A DNA stretch of 64,000 nucleotides, taken from contig NC_068987.1 of the NCBI RefSeq assembly GCF_001194135.2, forward strand, positions 25,701,012 through 25,765,011. The letters run 5' to 3'. Positions 50,388 through 63,099 of the stretch are shown here, one piece after another. A program made the translations under genes and the position numbers. Every line of letters starts with the position of its first letter. The stretch's first letter is position 1. Source of the DNA: Octopus bimaculoides (Eukaryota). Below the pieces are notes generated by a model. The model was not told the origin of the DNA. It ran no database searches and was given only the letters and a program-made list of their open reading frames with translations.

Positions 50388-50792
50388 AAGACGGTGAGAA
50401 AAATCATTAACACGCCAGACAAAATGCTTAGCAGCATTTCGTCCGTCTTTATGTTCTGAGTTCAAATGCCGCCGAGGTCGACTTTGCCTTTTATCCTTTC
50501 GGCTTGATAAATCAAATACTAGTCGAACACTGGGGTTGATAGACCCTCCCGCAAAATTTCAGTCCTTGAGCCAATAACAGACAGGATTATTATCAATAAC
50601 ACTAAGGCGACGAACAGGCAGAATCGTTAGCAAGCCGGAGAAAATGCTTATCGGCATTTCATCCCTCTTTATGTCCTGAGTTCAAATTCCACCGAGATCA
50701 GCTTTGCGTTTCATCCTTTCGAGATCGTACTGGGGTAGATCCAACCCCCTCCCACCACATTTCAGACCTTGTGTGTCTATAATACAAAGGAT
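50388..50792 (+). mobile_element. Two tandem family A SINEs
   Basis: Heads at ~50388 and ~50604. Both carry TTCTGAGTTCAAAT...CTTTGC.TTT.ATCCTTTCG. Confidence 0.85.
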
Positions 50793-53216
50793 TATCATCA
50801 CCACCACTACAACCACCAACATTATTGCTATTCCCAGTACTGTCATAATCATTACTACCGCAATCCTAGTATACCCTCTATAACTTAGTTTCACATCCCC
50901 AACACCACCACCGCAACTTGGAACAAGCCATATTATACTCAAGTACAAAGTGCATGACATATCCGCCCCAAACAGTTTTGGTTTAAACCAAAATTGGAGA
51001 GTTGGATGGTATTTCTTACTTTATGTTGTTATTTAAATTATTTTTTTCCTGTTTCTTCTCTGAATATGTAAATGAGATTCAAGCGTTTTGAGGTATACGA
51101 TGGTGATTGTGATAGACGTTCTGGTAAAGGTGATGGTTGTTGGGTCGTCCTTAATAGCTTCGAAAGAGGAGGAGGTGGTGATGGCGGTTGGTGACGGTGG
51201 TGCTGGTGCTGGCTGCATCAACGAAGAATTGCTTATGTGCCGGAAGTGATGGCGCAGGGGATTGGTGGTGGTGGTGGTGGTGAGGAGGAGTGCTGTTAGG
51301 TCGGTTGTTAATAGTGCAGGAGGTTGTTAATGGGGAATGATGTTAGCAGTGGGTCGTTAATAGCGGTAGTGGGAGCATATTGGTTGGGCTAATTGTGGTG
51401 CGGTGTGAGTTCAGTCTCAGATGATGGTAGTGGAGTAGGCCATGGTGCTGGTGTCGGCGGTTAAGGAACAAACATGGTGCTAGTCCATCGGCTAATGCTG
51501 CTATTAACCGGGATGATGCTAGGTCGTATGATGGTAGCAGTAGCAACAGTAAAACTAGTGGTGGTGGTGGTGGTAGTAGTAGTAGTTATTGTAAAGATGA
51601 TGGCCCTTGTGGTCGTACTAGCAGTTGTGTTTGATGATGGTGGTGGTGTAGATGGAGTTAGTGGCTGTGAAGGCGGTGGTGGTAGTGGTAGTGGTTTTGG
51701 TGACGGTTGTGGTAGTGGTGGTTATGGTCGGGAAGGCAACCATCTCTTCAGTTTGGTTCGCCTGATCACCAAAATTCTGCGGTGCTGATTTTCTCACCCT
51801 ATTCTTTAAAGGCAAATTGACATTTCCGTTCCCCCCACATCATCACCTTCACCACCAATCAGAGACCGGATTTACCAAATAATAATAATAATAATAATAA
51901 TAATAAAGTAAGCCAGTTTCGAAAATTACTTCTTTTTTTATTGTTGTTTAGTGGTTTGTGTTGTTGATCTATTGTTGTGCTTTTTTTTCTTTTCTTTTTT
52001 CTTTTTGTTATTGTTATAACTGAAAACAGTCTCTTTAGCATCTCTATTATCTTTCAATCTGAAAGACTACTAGAATATAGAGCAAAAATTTGAACTACAA
52101 AACTTAAGAACAAAGTTGTCTAGCAGATAGCGATTGGGGTGAAGGGGTAAAGGAAGGTTTTGTTATTTTATTTTGTTTTTCATCAATTTATCTTTTTACA
52201 TTTTCTTTTATTTTTGTTGGAATTCTTGTTTCTTCATTTCATTCTTCTGTTTTGGAATTACAAGCTGAGACACGTTGTTAATGATTCTACCATAAGTAGC
52301 AGATTTGATCTCGTCATTACAAACAAGAGAAATTCTTGAGCTGCAGCACTTATTTGCAGTTAACCCGTCGTCCCGTTTAATGCCACCAAGTGGTCTTCCA
52401 GTGCTTTTAGCAGTGGCCCGAAAGCTGGCAACAAAGTGGAATCTACTTTTAGCAAACTCCACTTTGTTTCAAAATTCGGATCAATTCACTGGCCTGAAGA
52501 TAATTTCTTCCCTTTTTTCTGTCAGTTTCGGATGCTCAGAAAAAGGGTCTTGGGTGCTGCTTTTCTTTCCATCCCTTATTAATAATACAAAAAAAAAAAA
52601 AAAAAAGCAAAACAGAAAATATAATTGCTGGCTGTCGACTGTGCCACTGATGTAGGTTAACTGTCTTGGCTGTCTGTAAACGCCAGTGCAACGGTTCCGA
52701 AGAGGAAACACGAATCCCGGTCAGTAAAACTGGATGTTCGACAGACTACCGATTCAACTGTCAGCTACTTATTGCCTTCTAATGCAAGTCAACGAAGGGA
52801 TAATTAAGTGGTCACTCGACATGCTACAAATAGCAGCTAATAATGCTTCAAATCCAGCCCTGCCAGCTTTATTGAAAGACATTGGACAACATTGTCTTGG
52901 ATATACAAAAAGAGGGGGACGCTCACCTCATGCCATAGTAATGCTCGATCATGACTTATTTGGATTAAAACAACAATAAAATGAAAAGCAACAACTGCAT
53001 TCGATTATTCTTACTCACGTTTGTTGTTTCTCTCTAACTCTCACTAAGTATTGGTTTTGTGCTTGTGTGTATGTATTTATGCACACATATATGTTAGTGC
53101 ATGTATGTCCTTATTCAGTTTTTATTTCAAAATTTCTTGTCGATAGAGAAAGAGCTGGTTTCTAGCTTGGATCCAAGGCTCCTTCATTAGAATTTCATCG
53201 ACAAAGTATGTATGTA

Positions 53217-53247
<31 letters not shown>

Positions 53248-53446
53248 AGTAGTAGTAGTATTTGGAATCAGTGCATATGCAGATTTGTATGTTTTATGTA
53301 TGTGACGTATGTATGTTGGCGTGCATACATGTGTGTACGTATGTATGTGACGGCATCTAATATTGTGTTGTTTGGATCTCTTAGCCGTGACAATTTTTAC
53401 CTATTGAATATAATTACGAAGTTCTTGTTCTGATGTCATATTTTTG

Positions 53447-53506
<60 letters not shown>

Positions 53507-53526
53507 GAGAGAGTGAGTGTGTGTTA

Positions 53527-53726
53527 TTTCTTTACTACCCACAAGGGGTACACACAGAGGGGACAAACAAAGACAGACAAACGGATTAAGTCGATTATAT
53601 CGACCCCAGTGCCTAACTGGTACTTATTTAATCGACCCCGAAAGGATGAAAGGCAAAGTCGACCTCGGCGGAATTTGAACTCAGAACGTAGCGGCAGACG
53701 AAATACCGCTAAGCATTTCGCCCGGA
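53527..53726 (-). mobile_element. Family A SINE, young copy with a variant tail, 5'-truncated
   Basis: AAGTCGATTATATCGACCCCAGT...ATCGACCCCGAAAGGATGAAAGGCAAAGTCGACCTCGGCGGAATTTGAACTCAGAACGTAGCGGCAGACGAAATACCGCTAAGCATTTCGCCCGG. Confidence 0.9.
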
Positions 53727-55237
53727 CATACACACACAGACGCACATACATACACAAGGCATAGATAACTGTCATTAGATATATTTTCTTTATTTTAGAA
53801 TGAAGAAAACGACTATTATTTATGTTTTGTCTTGTATATCACTCTGTGTAAAAACCATATAAATGGAACACAACCATGGCTTTACAATATAGAATGGTGA
53901 TGAACTATGACCTCAGACCCTGCCACAAGAATACGCGGAGTTCTTTATTAATCTAAACAACATTGTTAACCTGGTGTACTAACAGAGAGCTTAGAAAGTA
54001 TTTGCCCGGATTGATCTCTCACTAATAACTCTCTTGTATGTGTGTGTGTGTGTTGTGTGTTCATACATTTTAGCCAGAGGTTCTCATAGGTGAAGAGCTT
54101 GTTCAAGGATTGAAAAATAAGCGGACGAATAGTGGTTTTTAGCAAAATTAAGATGGCTCTAAACTGTTTAAACTTACTCAGCACTGTGGTGGACGAACGA
54201 AGAATTATACGGATGTAAAACTCCATTTTCTCTTCTCACTAATAAAATGAAGGTGGGTGAGGGGCTTAAATTTTACAAATATTTTTTGAGAGGCGGGCAT
54301 ATGGAACCGGCATCCGTCACAGAAACGCTACCCTGGTCTATATCAACAAATGTGTCCTGTTTTTCAAGGCGGTATAATGTTATTAAGAACAAATTCATTT
54401 GACTGTTATTACAAGCAGGTTGAGCAACTACGTAGGATTGAATGATATTATATTGAAACTATTAATAGAGGGTTAATAAATGATATACCCATATTATTTA
54501 TTACATAAGTTAAGTAGTAAGGCCAATGCTATTTAGTGCATAGTTTTTATTCAAAAAAATCGATTAATGCAATTATATTCAGAGAAAAATCTATTTAATC
54601 TACGGCTAACGAAACAAATACAACGGTAAAACTATAGATTAATAAAAACAAACAAACAAGAAAATGGAAAACATTGAAAGGATTAATGCCTGAGATACAG
54701 AGATCGGGATAGGTTGAGTATAATTGGAACACTAGTGAAGATTCCGTCTTTATCTATATGTATCTGGAATAAATTAATCTACTGGAGACTGTCCATCCTT
54801 GTTATGTGGATTGCGGCCATCCTGGGGCACCACCTTCAAGAGTTTTGTAGTTTGTTATATCGGCCCATGGATTTTTGTCTGGTGGTATTCATTTGGTCAT
54901 TTTCGTAAGATATGAGATATAAGAAGACATTAGTGTAAGGAAAGATAACTCAGTCGGATATTAGTGCAGAAAGTTATTTCTGTTTGAATGTACCGATTCT
55001 CAATTTACACTCATATAAACATACACAAACACGTGTGTGTATATGTGTATGTATATATGTGCATGTGTGCATGTGTGTGTGTGTGTGCGCTTTTCTGTGT
55101 GTGTGTGTGTGTGTGTGGTTTATGAGTATCAAATTCTGTTCGCAAAATATTAGCGAATCCGACTGAAGACACTTGTTCAAACCGCTGTGCAGTGGGGTCG
55201 AACCTGAAGACATTTTGACCAATAGATTGATTCTTCC

Positions 55238-55335
55238 TCTGAGTTCAAATCCCGCCAGAGTCGATTTTATCTTTTATCCTTCCAACGTCGATAAACTAAG
55301 TATCTGTTATATACTGGTGTCGATATAACAGACTA
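55238..55335 (+). mobile_element. Family A SINE fragment
   Basis: TCTGAGTTCAAATCCCGCC...ATCCTTCCAACGTCGATAAACTAAGTATC. Confidence 0.6.
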
Positions 55336-55687
55336 TGCATTTGTACATGTATGTTAGAAATTATTGTTACTGACGACCTCTCCCGGTTTTCTAATAAGTT
55401 TATAACATCACTCAAAATTCATTCACTAAAATCCAATACACTTCTCTATAGATAATACGGTTAGACTATTTCACTAATGAGATTTATGATCATAATAATG
55501 ACCATTATCCAATAAGGGCGAATTATTATCTGAGAAAAAACATTCTAAGTATTCCACCCATGTAAGGTTTATAATGGCCTCCGATGAGGAATAATATTAT
55601 TATTTCAGAAGTATGTTTTTCTCCTTGCCTTCTTCTGAGAATATTTCCACATATGTCATCTGTTCATTTGACAGTATATAGACAGGC

Positions 55688-55905
55688 AAAGGCAGCGAGC
55701 TAGCAGAATCGTTAGCATGCCGGGCAAAATGTTTAGTAGCATTTCGTCCGTCTATACGTTCTGAGTTCAAATGCTGCGGAGGTCAACTTTGCCTTTTATC
55801 GTTTCAGGATCGATAAAATAAGTACCAGTTGAACGCTGAAGTCGACGTATTTGACTAATCCCCTCTTGTAAAAATTGCTGGCCTTGTACCTATAGCAGAA
55901 AGGAA
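55688..55905 (+). mobile_element. Family A SINE, full length
   Basis: AAGGCAGCGAGCTAGCAGAATCGTTAGCATGCCGGGC...GGCCTTGTACCTATAGCAGAAAGGAAT. Confidence 0.88.
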
Positions 55906-56629
55906 TATATAGACTGCCCTTTGATAAAAGTAAACATAGACTATGCATGTGAATACGTAAGTTAAAAACTGATCATTGCTTTCTTTAGCATGAAAGAAAT
56001 AAGCATGAAAGAAAAACAAAAACAAAACGTCACATCTGATCTGGTGAAACGAGACAATGAAACGGTGACATGTTTTGTGGAGTAATAACGAAAAAGTGCC
56101 GTTCTGTCTGCTTGTATGTTTTGTAAATCAATGAATCTGAGGAAATTGAGAGTCCAGTTGGGACTTGCAGTGTCTTGCACGTTCTTGTCTCCTCCTCCTT
56201 TTCTTTTTTATTAACTTTTTAAAATTTTTTTATATGTATATATTTATGATATTTAAAGGCTGGTTTGTTCTGTTCATGCATAGCTAAGTTCTTTCTGAAC
56301 CTGTTGCATGACTTGGTTCATAAGGTTTCTATGTGTGTGACTCAATAATTGTAGCTTTTAAAGAGTAGAACGTTTAAAGATATTTTGTAATTTCGATGAT
56401 AATAATTGTTTAATGATTTAGTTAGAAGGTGCACATTATCAAACAAGACAATTTCTAGGTCTCCGTGATCCTCTTAAAAGAAAAAGATTGTTATTCTCGA
56501 ACCAGTTTCCAAGCCATTATTCTCACAATAGAGTTGGCTCTGCTAAAGACATTTAGCTGTCAAATGGTGATGATAAACTCTGTGGAAAATTAAGTCGATT
56601 ACCCACTGAACATAAATGGATCCTCCTAT

Positions 56630-56760
56630 AATGGGAGTCTACACAATTTCTGTCTATTCAGTTTTATTTTCTAGGCTTTGATTGAACCAAGGCTATAGTA
56701 GAAGGTTCTTATCCAGGGTGTCATGCAGTAACACTGAACCTCAAACCAAGCAACCACGCA
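56630..56760 (-). mobile_element. Family B SINE head, degenerate
   Basis: CAAGGCTATAGTAGAAGG...GTGTCATGCAGTAACACTGAACC. Confidence 0.5.
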
Positions 56761-57574
56761 AAGTATAAGCGTCTGCGCCCAGATAAGGCATATAGTGTTC
56801 TATAAGTCATACAATTAAGATTACCATCGTCTTTATTTACGGAAGTTTTTGATACTTTGATTAAGCGACAAAATTATAAGCGGTTTAGCAGCGCGTTCGA
56901 TGAAACGATCGACTGACCACAGCTTTACTATAATGCAGTTTTTAAGGGACCAGGAAAAATATATATGTATGAGAAAGAGAGACAGAGAGAGAAAGAATAA
57001 AAATATTTAATTACTAAAAGCGAAAAGGTATTTGTTTTCTATCAGAGTATCAGCAAAGCTATGCCAGTAATATATTTTCTAAGAAATTTTAATCTATAGT
57101 CAAAACAACACAGTGTAGCCCTGAGAAACACCACCCAAGGGAAGAGAGAGGGTGAGAAAGATTCTCTGTGTTATAGAAAACAGCCGGTTTGATCTCCGAT
57201 TGTCATTAGTTATCTCATTCCCGAATATAAACATATGAGACTGGACTCGATCTAGGAACTTGTGTTTTAAAACTGACGATAATAATAATGTTCTTTTTCT
57301 TTAAACCACTGTTCCCTGTACCAATGAACAAGAATTTCATTGCCCTTATTTTAGAAACGAGGATCCGTAGTTCTAATCCAGCCAGGCACTATATGCATAT
57401 GTAGGTACAAAACACTACATCTGCATTAAAGATCAAATCAATCGAAATAGAATATTGACGAATATTGAAATTATAACATTTCTAAAGATGAGTATGGAAA
57501 ATGGAAATCTTTGTGGTTTTCAATTTAACTCAATAAACATAACGCTGTTGTTGTTGTTATTGTTGTTATTATTA

Positions 57575-57620
<46 letters not shown>

Positions 57621-57648
57621 ATTTTGTGTTTTTGAAGTAAAAAGAAAA

Positions 57649-57756
57649 CTAACGATTTTTTCTCTTTTATTTTTTTCAGGTAAGTGTTCTAAAGAATTTA
57701 TTCTGGTCTGCCTGCAAGTTATTTTCATCAATTTCTATTTCCTTATAACGGTATGT
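57649..57756 (+). promoter_or_regulatory. Candidate recursive splice site (3'ss immediately followed by a 5'ss) with a downstream cryptic-exon donor
   Basis: CTAAC branch point (57649-57653), a 24-nt nearly pure pyrimidine tract, CAG (57677-57679), GTAAGT (57680-57685), and a second donor ACG|GTATGT at 57751. Confidence 0.5.
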
Positions 57757-58739
57757 TTCGGTTTTCATCTTACAATTTTCCCCCATTTCCCGGCATTTAA
57801 GCGAAAAAGCAATCCTAGGTTATCATGGAAGATAAATGTACAATCATTTCCCCACCAACTCAATGCTTTTCCTTTACAATAGTCTCTTTTTTTTTAACAA
57901 CCTTTTGAGCAGACATTTCGAAATATGTTATTACAACCTCTTCCAATATAGACTAACCTGTTTCAGTGTTACATCTGGGCTTATTTCTAAAGCTTTCTGT
58001 TTTGGTTGTATATTTAGACGTTTTCACAGACATAGGGATATGGGAATTAAAAAAAAAAAAAGAAAAAAAGAACGCTTTATATAATTTTCTCATCAACGTC
58101 TTGATTCGTATTTCAACTCATGATTTTGCTATAGATAATCTACTAAGCATCTCCTTATTTGATCTAAATTGGTTAAATAAGGCAAAAACAACGTGAGGAA
58201 AAACTGAATGAATATAATGAACTAAGATGTTGTCATATCGTATAACGAATGTACGATATCTTGTTTGCTTGTTTATATATGAGCCAGAGATGTAACACAA
58301 AGTACATAAGTGAAATAAAATGATGAAACAACTATGAATCGAAACCTTACGTTGACTCCTTGCTTACTGAAAGCTTTCACTTCTGCAAGATAGTTTATAT
58401 TAACCGCATGATATTCAATATATTTTGCTGGCTCTGTTTGAAGTGGTTAAGAATTTGCTCACTAATATCTCCAGAGTAATACTAAATCGTTCTTTCGTAT
58501 CGATTTCTTTGAGTTCTTTCAACAATTCCTTTTTTGATCATCTGCTTTATGCATTGTGTTTTATGAGCGCAAACATAAAGAAAGAAAGAAAATGTGAGCA
58601 GAGAAATTGATAAATTTTCTCTCATCTTCCTTCACATTCATTCACTTCGGATAAATAATAAATAAAATTAATTTTCAATGAATAGCTATTGATTGCAGCT
58701 GCAGGTTTCGTAAACGAGCCTGAAAAGATGTATGTTCTG

Positions 58740-58782
<43 letters not shown>

Positions 58783-59155
58783 AATCATAACGCACACACA
58801 TTCTGTTTCTATAGTATTTTGTATTTGTTAAAACGCATGGGCTAATATGATTATTTATTCAGATGAGTAGACAATCGGATGTCATACGTCCGAATGTTGA
58901 TATAATACTGCAGATATGCATATATGGTAAAAATATAATTTATTCCTACATACTGCTTTGATCTTCAGTCTTCAACTTGCTACAAGATTTTTGCCAACTT
59001 TCAAAAGATACACAGTTGTTAACATAACACACTCATTTGTTTGCTTTACATTTCTGCTTATCCCATCACTGTAGTACTTCTATGAATTAGTTCGTTCATT
59101 TCGCCAATGCTTGCACGATTATGCAAATTAAACCAATATAGTATTACCCAAATGT

Positions 59156-59218
<63 letters not shown>

Positions 59219-59889
59219 TGTGTGTGTGCTTGTGTGTGTGTGTGTGAATGGCAGATAAACACACATAAGCTTAAGTATATTCACAATTAATACAAATTAA
59301 AGAGTACGGAATAAGAATACAAACATGAAAGGACATTTGTATTAGTCTTTTCTTGACAGCTGTTTCGGGTGAACTATGGCTTATGTTGTAACCACGGTCA
59401 TTACATAATACATTACAGAATAAACACCCATAATGTCGTAAATGTATAGAATAACACAAGTTTTTATGGCTCCGTTAAGGAAAGCCAGTCCATCCACATC
59501 GAAATAATGTACTATAAACAGCTATAAACTACTAGTCTCTGGATTACTAGGGCTGAGTGACTGATTTCCAACGAAACTTTAACGAAAGCTAGTCAGATGG
59601 ATCTCATTTCCTGGTCACAGAGAGTGAGAAAAAAAATCTGTGATTTAACCCCAGTACGTTTTATAAAATCACACGGCTATGCTTTTTATCTTACCCAAAC
59701 AAACCCTTTTGTCGTAAGAATCTACTATTTAGTATGTGTGTGTGCGTAGTTGATGATGATTTCCTCTGTCAAAAATGACAGATGAGGAGTTCTGCAATTT
59801 CTTGACGAAGAACCTCTGCAGAAGATTTGTTTACAATGACCAAATGTTTGTGCTGTACAATAAGCTTATTCACTCTATCTAATCGACAT

Positions 59890-60047
59890 TACATATTCAG
59901 GTGCATGGCGTGCAACACGTCAGATGTTGAACTGATCGCAGGAGAACGTGAAATGTTTACTCAAGAGCACAACACACCTCCTGATCCGGGAATTAAAATC
60001 TTGATCTTGCGATCACAAATGCAGTACCCAAGGTCACGAGCCTTCAC
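59890..60047 (-). mobile_element. Family E CORE-like SINE, degenerate
   Basis: GATCGCAGGAGAACGTGAAATGTTTACTCAAGAGCACAAC...CCGGGAATTAAAATCTTGATCTTGCGATC is related to the family D body and head. Confidence 0.5.
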
Positions 60048-60379
60048 TATATATGCACACACTGCGCCAAGCTGATTGTGTCGGAGAAATACGAAAAAGG
60101 TAGACCTGTCTATAGAACGTTCAGCCATTTACACGCTAATTCAAATTGCAAGAAATTCATTTGATCGAACAACTGAATAGACGGAGATCCATTGATATAC
60201 ATATATATATAAGCATTGATTTATGTTGAATGGATGAGAGACGAGTGTTCACTGAGCTTTGAATAGGACATTGTTTATTTTTATTGAAACTGACAGTTTG
60301 TCTTGTGGCGCAGGTTTCACTCAACTGCGATCTTCGGCGTAAGACAGGTTTTTTGCGAGACGCACTCTCAGTTTCAGTC

Positions 60380-60446
<67 letters not shown>

Positions 60447-60607
60447 GTATGTGTGTGTGTGTGTGTGTAACACTCTCACACACAAGATACATTTTGTCTG
60501 ATTAAAAGATGGCGTGATCAAGATTTCCGGTTATAAATCAGATCGATTTGAACTCAGCTGAGGTTAAATAATAATAGCGCACGCAAGCACATGAACGTAT
60601 ATGCGTG

Positions 60608-60647
<40 letters not shown>

Positions 60648-61906
60648 CTGAATTTAATTCAGGTATGTATGTATGTATGTAACCAAAATTCCAAATTCGG
60701 AAACGTTTGGTCAACTCACGTTTCGCAATCAGTCTTTCTTCCTTCCGACATTTATACGNNNNNNNNNNNNNNNNNNNNNNNNNNNNNNNNNNNNNNNNNN
60801 NNNNNNNNNNNNNNNNNNNNNNNNNNNNNNNNNNNNNNNNNNNNNNNNNNNNNNNNNNNNNNNNNNNNNNNNNNNNNNNNNNNNNNNNNNNNNNNNNNNN
60901 NNNNNNNNNNNNNNNNNNNNNNNNNNNNNNNNNNNNNNNNNNNNNNNNNNNNNNNNNNNNNNNNNNNNNNNNNNNNNNNNNNNNNNNNNNNNNNNNNNNN
61001 NNNNNNNNNNNNNNNNNNNNNNNNNNNNNNNNNNNNNNNNNNNNNNNNNNNNNNNNNNNNNNNNNNNNNNNNNNNNNNNNNNNNNNNNNNNNNNNNNNNN
61101 NNNNNNNNNNNNNNNNNNNNNNNNNNNNNNNNNNNNNNNNNNNNNNNNNNNNNNNNNNNNNNNNATATATATATATATATATAGAGTAGTCGCATCCAAA
61201 ATGGACGTGACTACCAACGTTTCAAAGTGGAACACTTGAAGAATTGTGAATTTTTACCACATGAAACCATTGGTATTCTTTTTAATCCACACAGAAATAA
61301 ATATACAGGTAGTATGTATACACTAAACACACACACACGCTCATTTATATGTAAACGCACATGCAAGCACCTCGTCGTCTGCTATGAACTGACATCTGCT
61401 ACGAAACTATATATATAGAGATAGATACAGGAAGAGAAAGAGAGAATGAAAGAAAGACATACAGACAAAAGGAGAGGTACATGCAGATGTATACAACTAA
61501 CTTTTAACGCGCTCTCTATTACAAACAGCATAGAAGTAGCGGAGGGGCAATGGAATGAAAGATATGAAGAGAGGGGGGTGATTATGTGATAGAAGTGATA
61601 CGGTTAGACAGGGGTGAGAAATATTTTGTAAGGCTGTGTATGAGATAAAGTGAGAGCGAGATACCGAGATAGAGGGAAACTGTGATGATAGAGTGAGAGA
61701 AAGAGAGAGAGGGGGGGAGTGAAAGGTAGGTCTACATTTGAATGACTATCTTACATAGACCCCCCCTACCGTGTGTGTGTGTGCATATATGCTTATATGC
61801 ATACATATTTTCGTACAGATGCTTATAATAAATAAATGTGTGTGTGTTTGTGTATGTGCGCGTGTGTGTGTGGTTGAGTGCCCTTCTTTCGTTTGTCCAC
61901 TCACTC

Positions 61907-61945
<39 letters not shown>

Positions 61946-62379
61946 NNNNNNNNNNNNNNNNNNNNNNNNNNNNNNNNNNNNNNNNNNNNNNNNNNNNNNN
62001 NNNNNNNNNNNNNNNNNNNNNNNNNNNNNNNNNNNNNNNNNNNNNNNNNNNNNNNNNNNNNNNNNNNNNNNNNNNNNNNNNNNNNNNNNNNNNNNNNNNN
62101 NNNNNNNNNNNNNNNNNNNNNNNNNNNNNNNNNNNNNNNNNNNNNNNNNNNNNNNNNNNNNNNNNNNNNNNNNNNNNNNNNNNNNNNNNNNNNNNNNNNN
62201 NNNNNNNNNNNNNNNNNNNNNNNNNNNNNNNNNNNNNNNNNNNNNNNNNNNNNNNNNNNNNNNNNNNNNNNNNNNNNNNNNNNNNNNNNNNNNCCAAACC
62301 CAAACATACAGGTAATACCGAGTAAGTGCTATAAAATATATTTCTAACTTTGCCATTGTTCTCTTTATCCTTTTCTCTT

Positions 62380-62427
<48 letters not shown>

Positions 62428-62860
62428 GGTAAACATCCCACTACGGGCAACCGCCTAGTGCGATGGAGGTGTTTTTCCTACTATGCGTATGTGTGTGTGC
62501 TTCTGTGTGGCGTATTGTGTGTGTGTGTGTGTGTGTAGTACGGACGTTTATGCATACACATGATTTCAAATACACATGGAAACTCCTATATGTATGTTTG
62601 CATGTGTGTGAAGTCTTGCCTTTCTGAAAATTGCCAAAAATGTTGTTTCTGGTGCCAAGATGAAGTCTGTAGCCAAGTTCACTAGAATCCACACCATTCC
62701 ACCTACTTCCAGTCTGGTTGCTAGGGATTTCAAGTTACTAAGTATCCACCATCGTGACTATCAATTTCCTTATAGTAGCAACATTTCCACCATCACCACC
62801 ACCACCACCACCACTGACACCGCCGCCATAACAACTACATGACTTCCTTTAAATAACATC

Positions 62861-62979
62861 TTAGTACTAGGCTTAGTACTAGGCTTCCAAAGAATAAGTC
62901 CTGGGGTCGATTTGCTCGACTAAAGGCGGTGCTCCAGCTTGGCCGCAGTCAAAAGACTGAAACAAGTAAATGAGTAAAC
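62861..62979 (+). mobile_element. Family B SINE tail module, young
   Basis: AGTACTAGGCTT (duplicated)...AAGAATAAGTCCTGGGGTCGATTTGCTCGACTAAAGGCGGTGCTCCAGC.TGGCCGCAGTCAAAAGACTGAAACAAGTAAA. Confidence 0.85.
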
Positions 62980-63099
62980 GAAAAGTATGAAAAATTCTTG
63001 ATTCTGTAATTTGATTATTTGAGTATTAGTACATAAAGCGGCCCTCAAAAAAACTTTCTGTGATTAAAGTGACCCGCAATGTAATTCGAGTTGGCCAGG

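Noticed and set aside
51033-51815. Val/Gly/Thr-rich ORFs (also at 44601-44852 and 63364-63633)
   Set aside because: Cryptic (GGT)/(GTA)/(CAC) trinucleotide sequence with no domain or splice support.
52290-52380. KR...CC peptide (GIKRDDGLTANKCCSSRISLVC) as an insulin-like A chain
   Set aside because: Cys spacing is not CC-x3-C-x8-C, and there is no signal peptide or B chain.
60645-60670. TTCAG|GTATGT as a second recursive site
   Set aside because: No real pyrimidine tract; GTATGT is the start of a (TATG)n array.
62437-62459. CCCACTACGGG-CAACCGC-CTAGT as a Helitron 3' end
   Set aside because: Only a 3-bp stem and no supporting upstream sequence.
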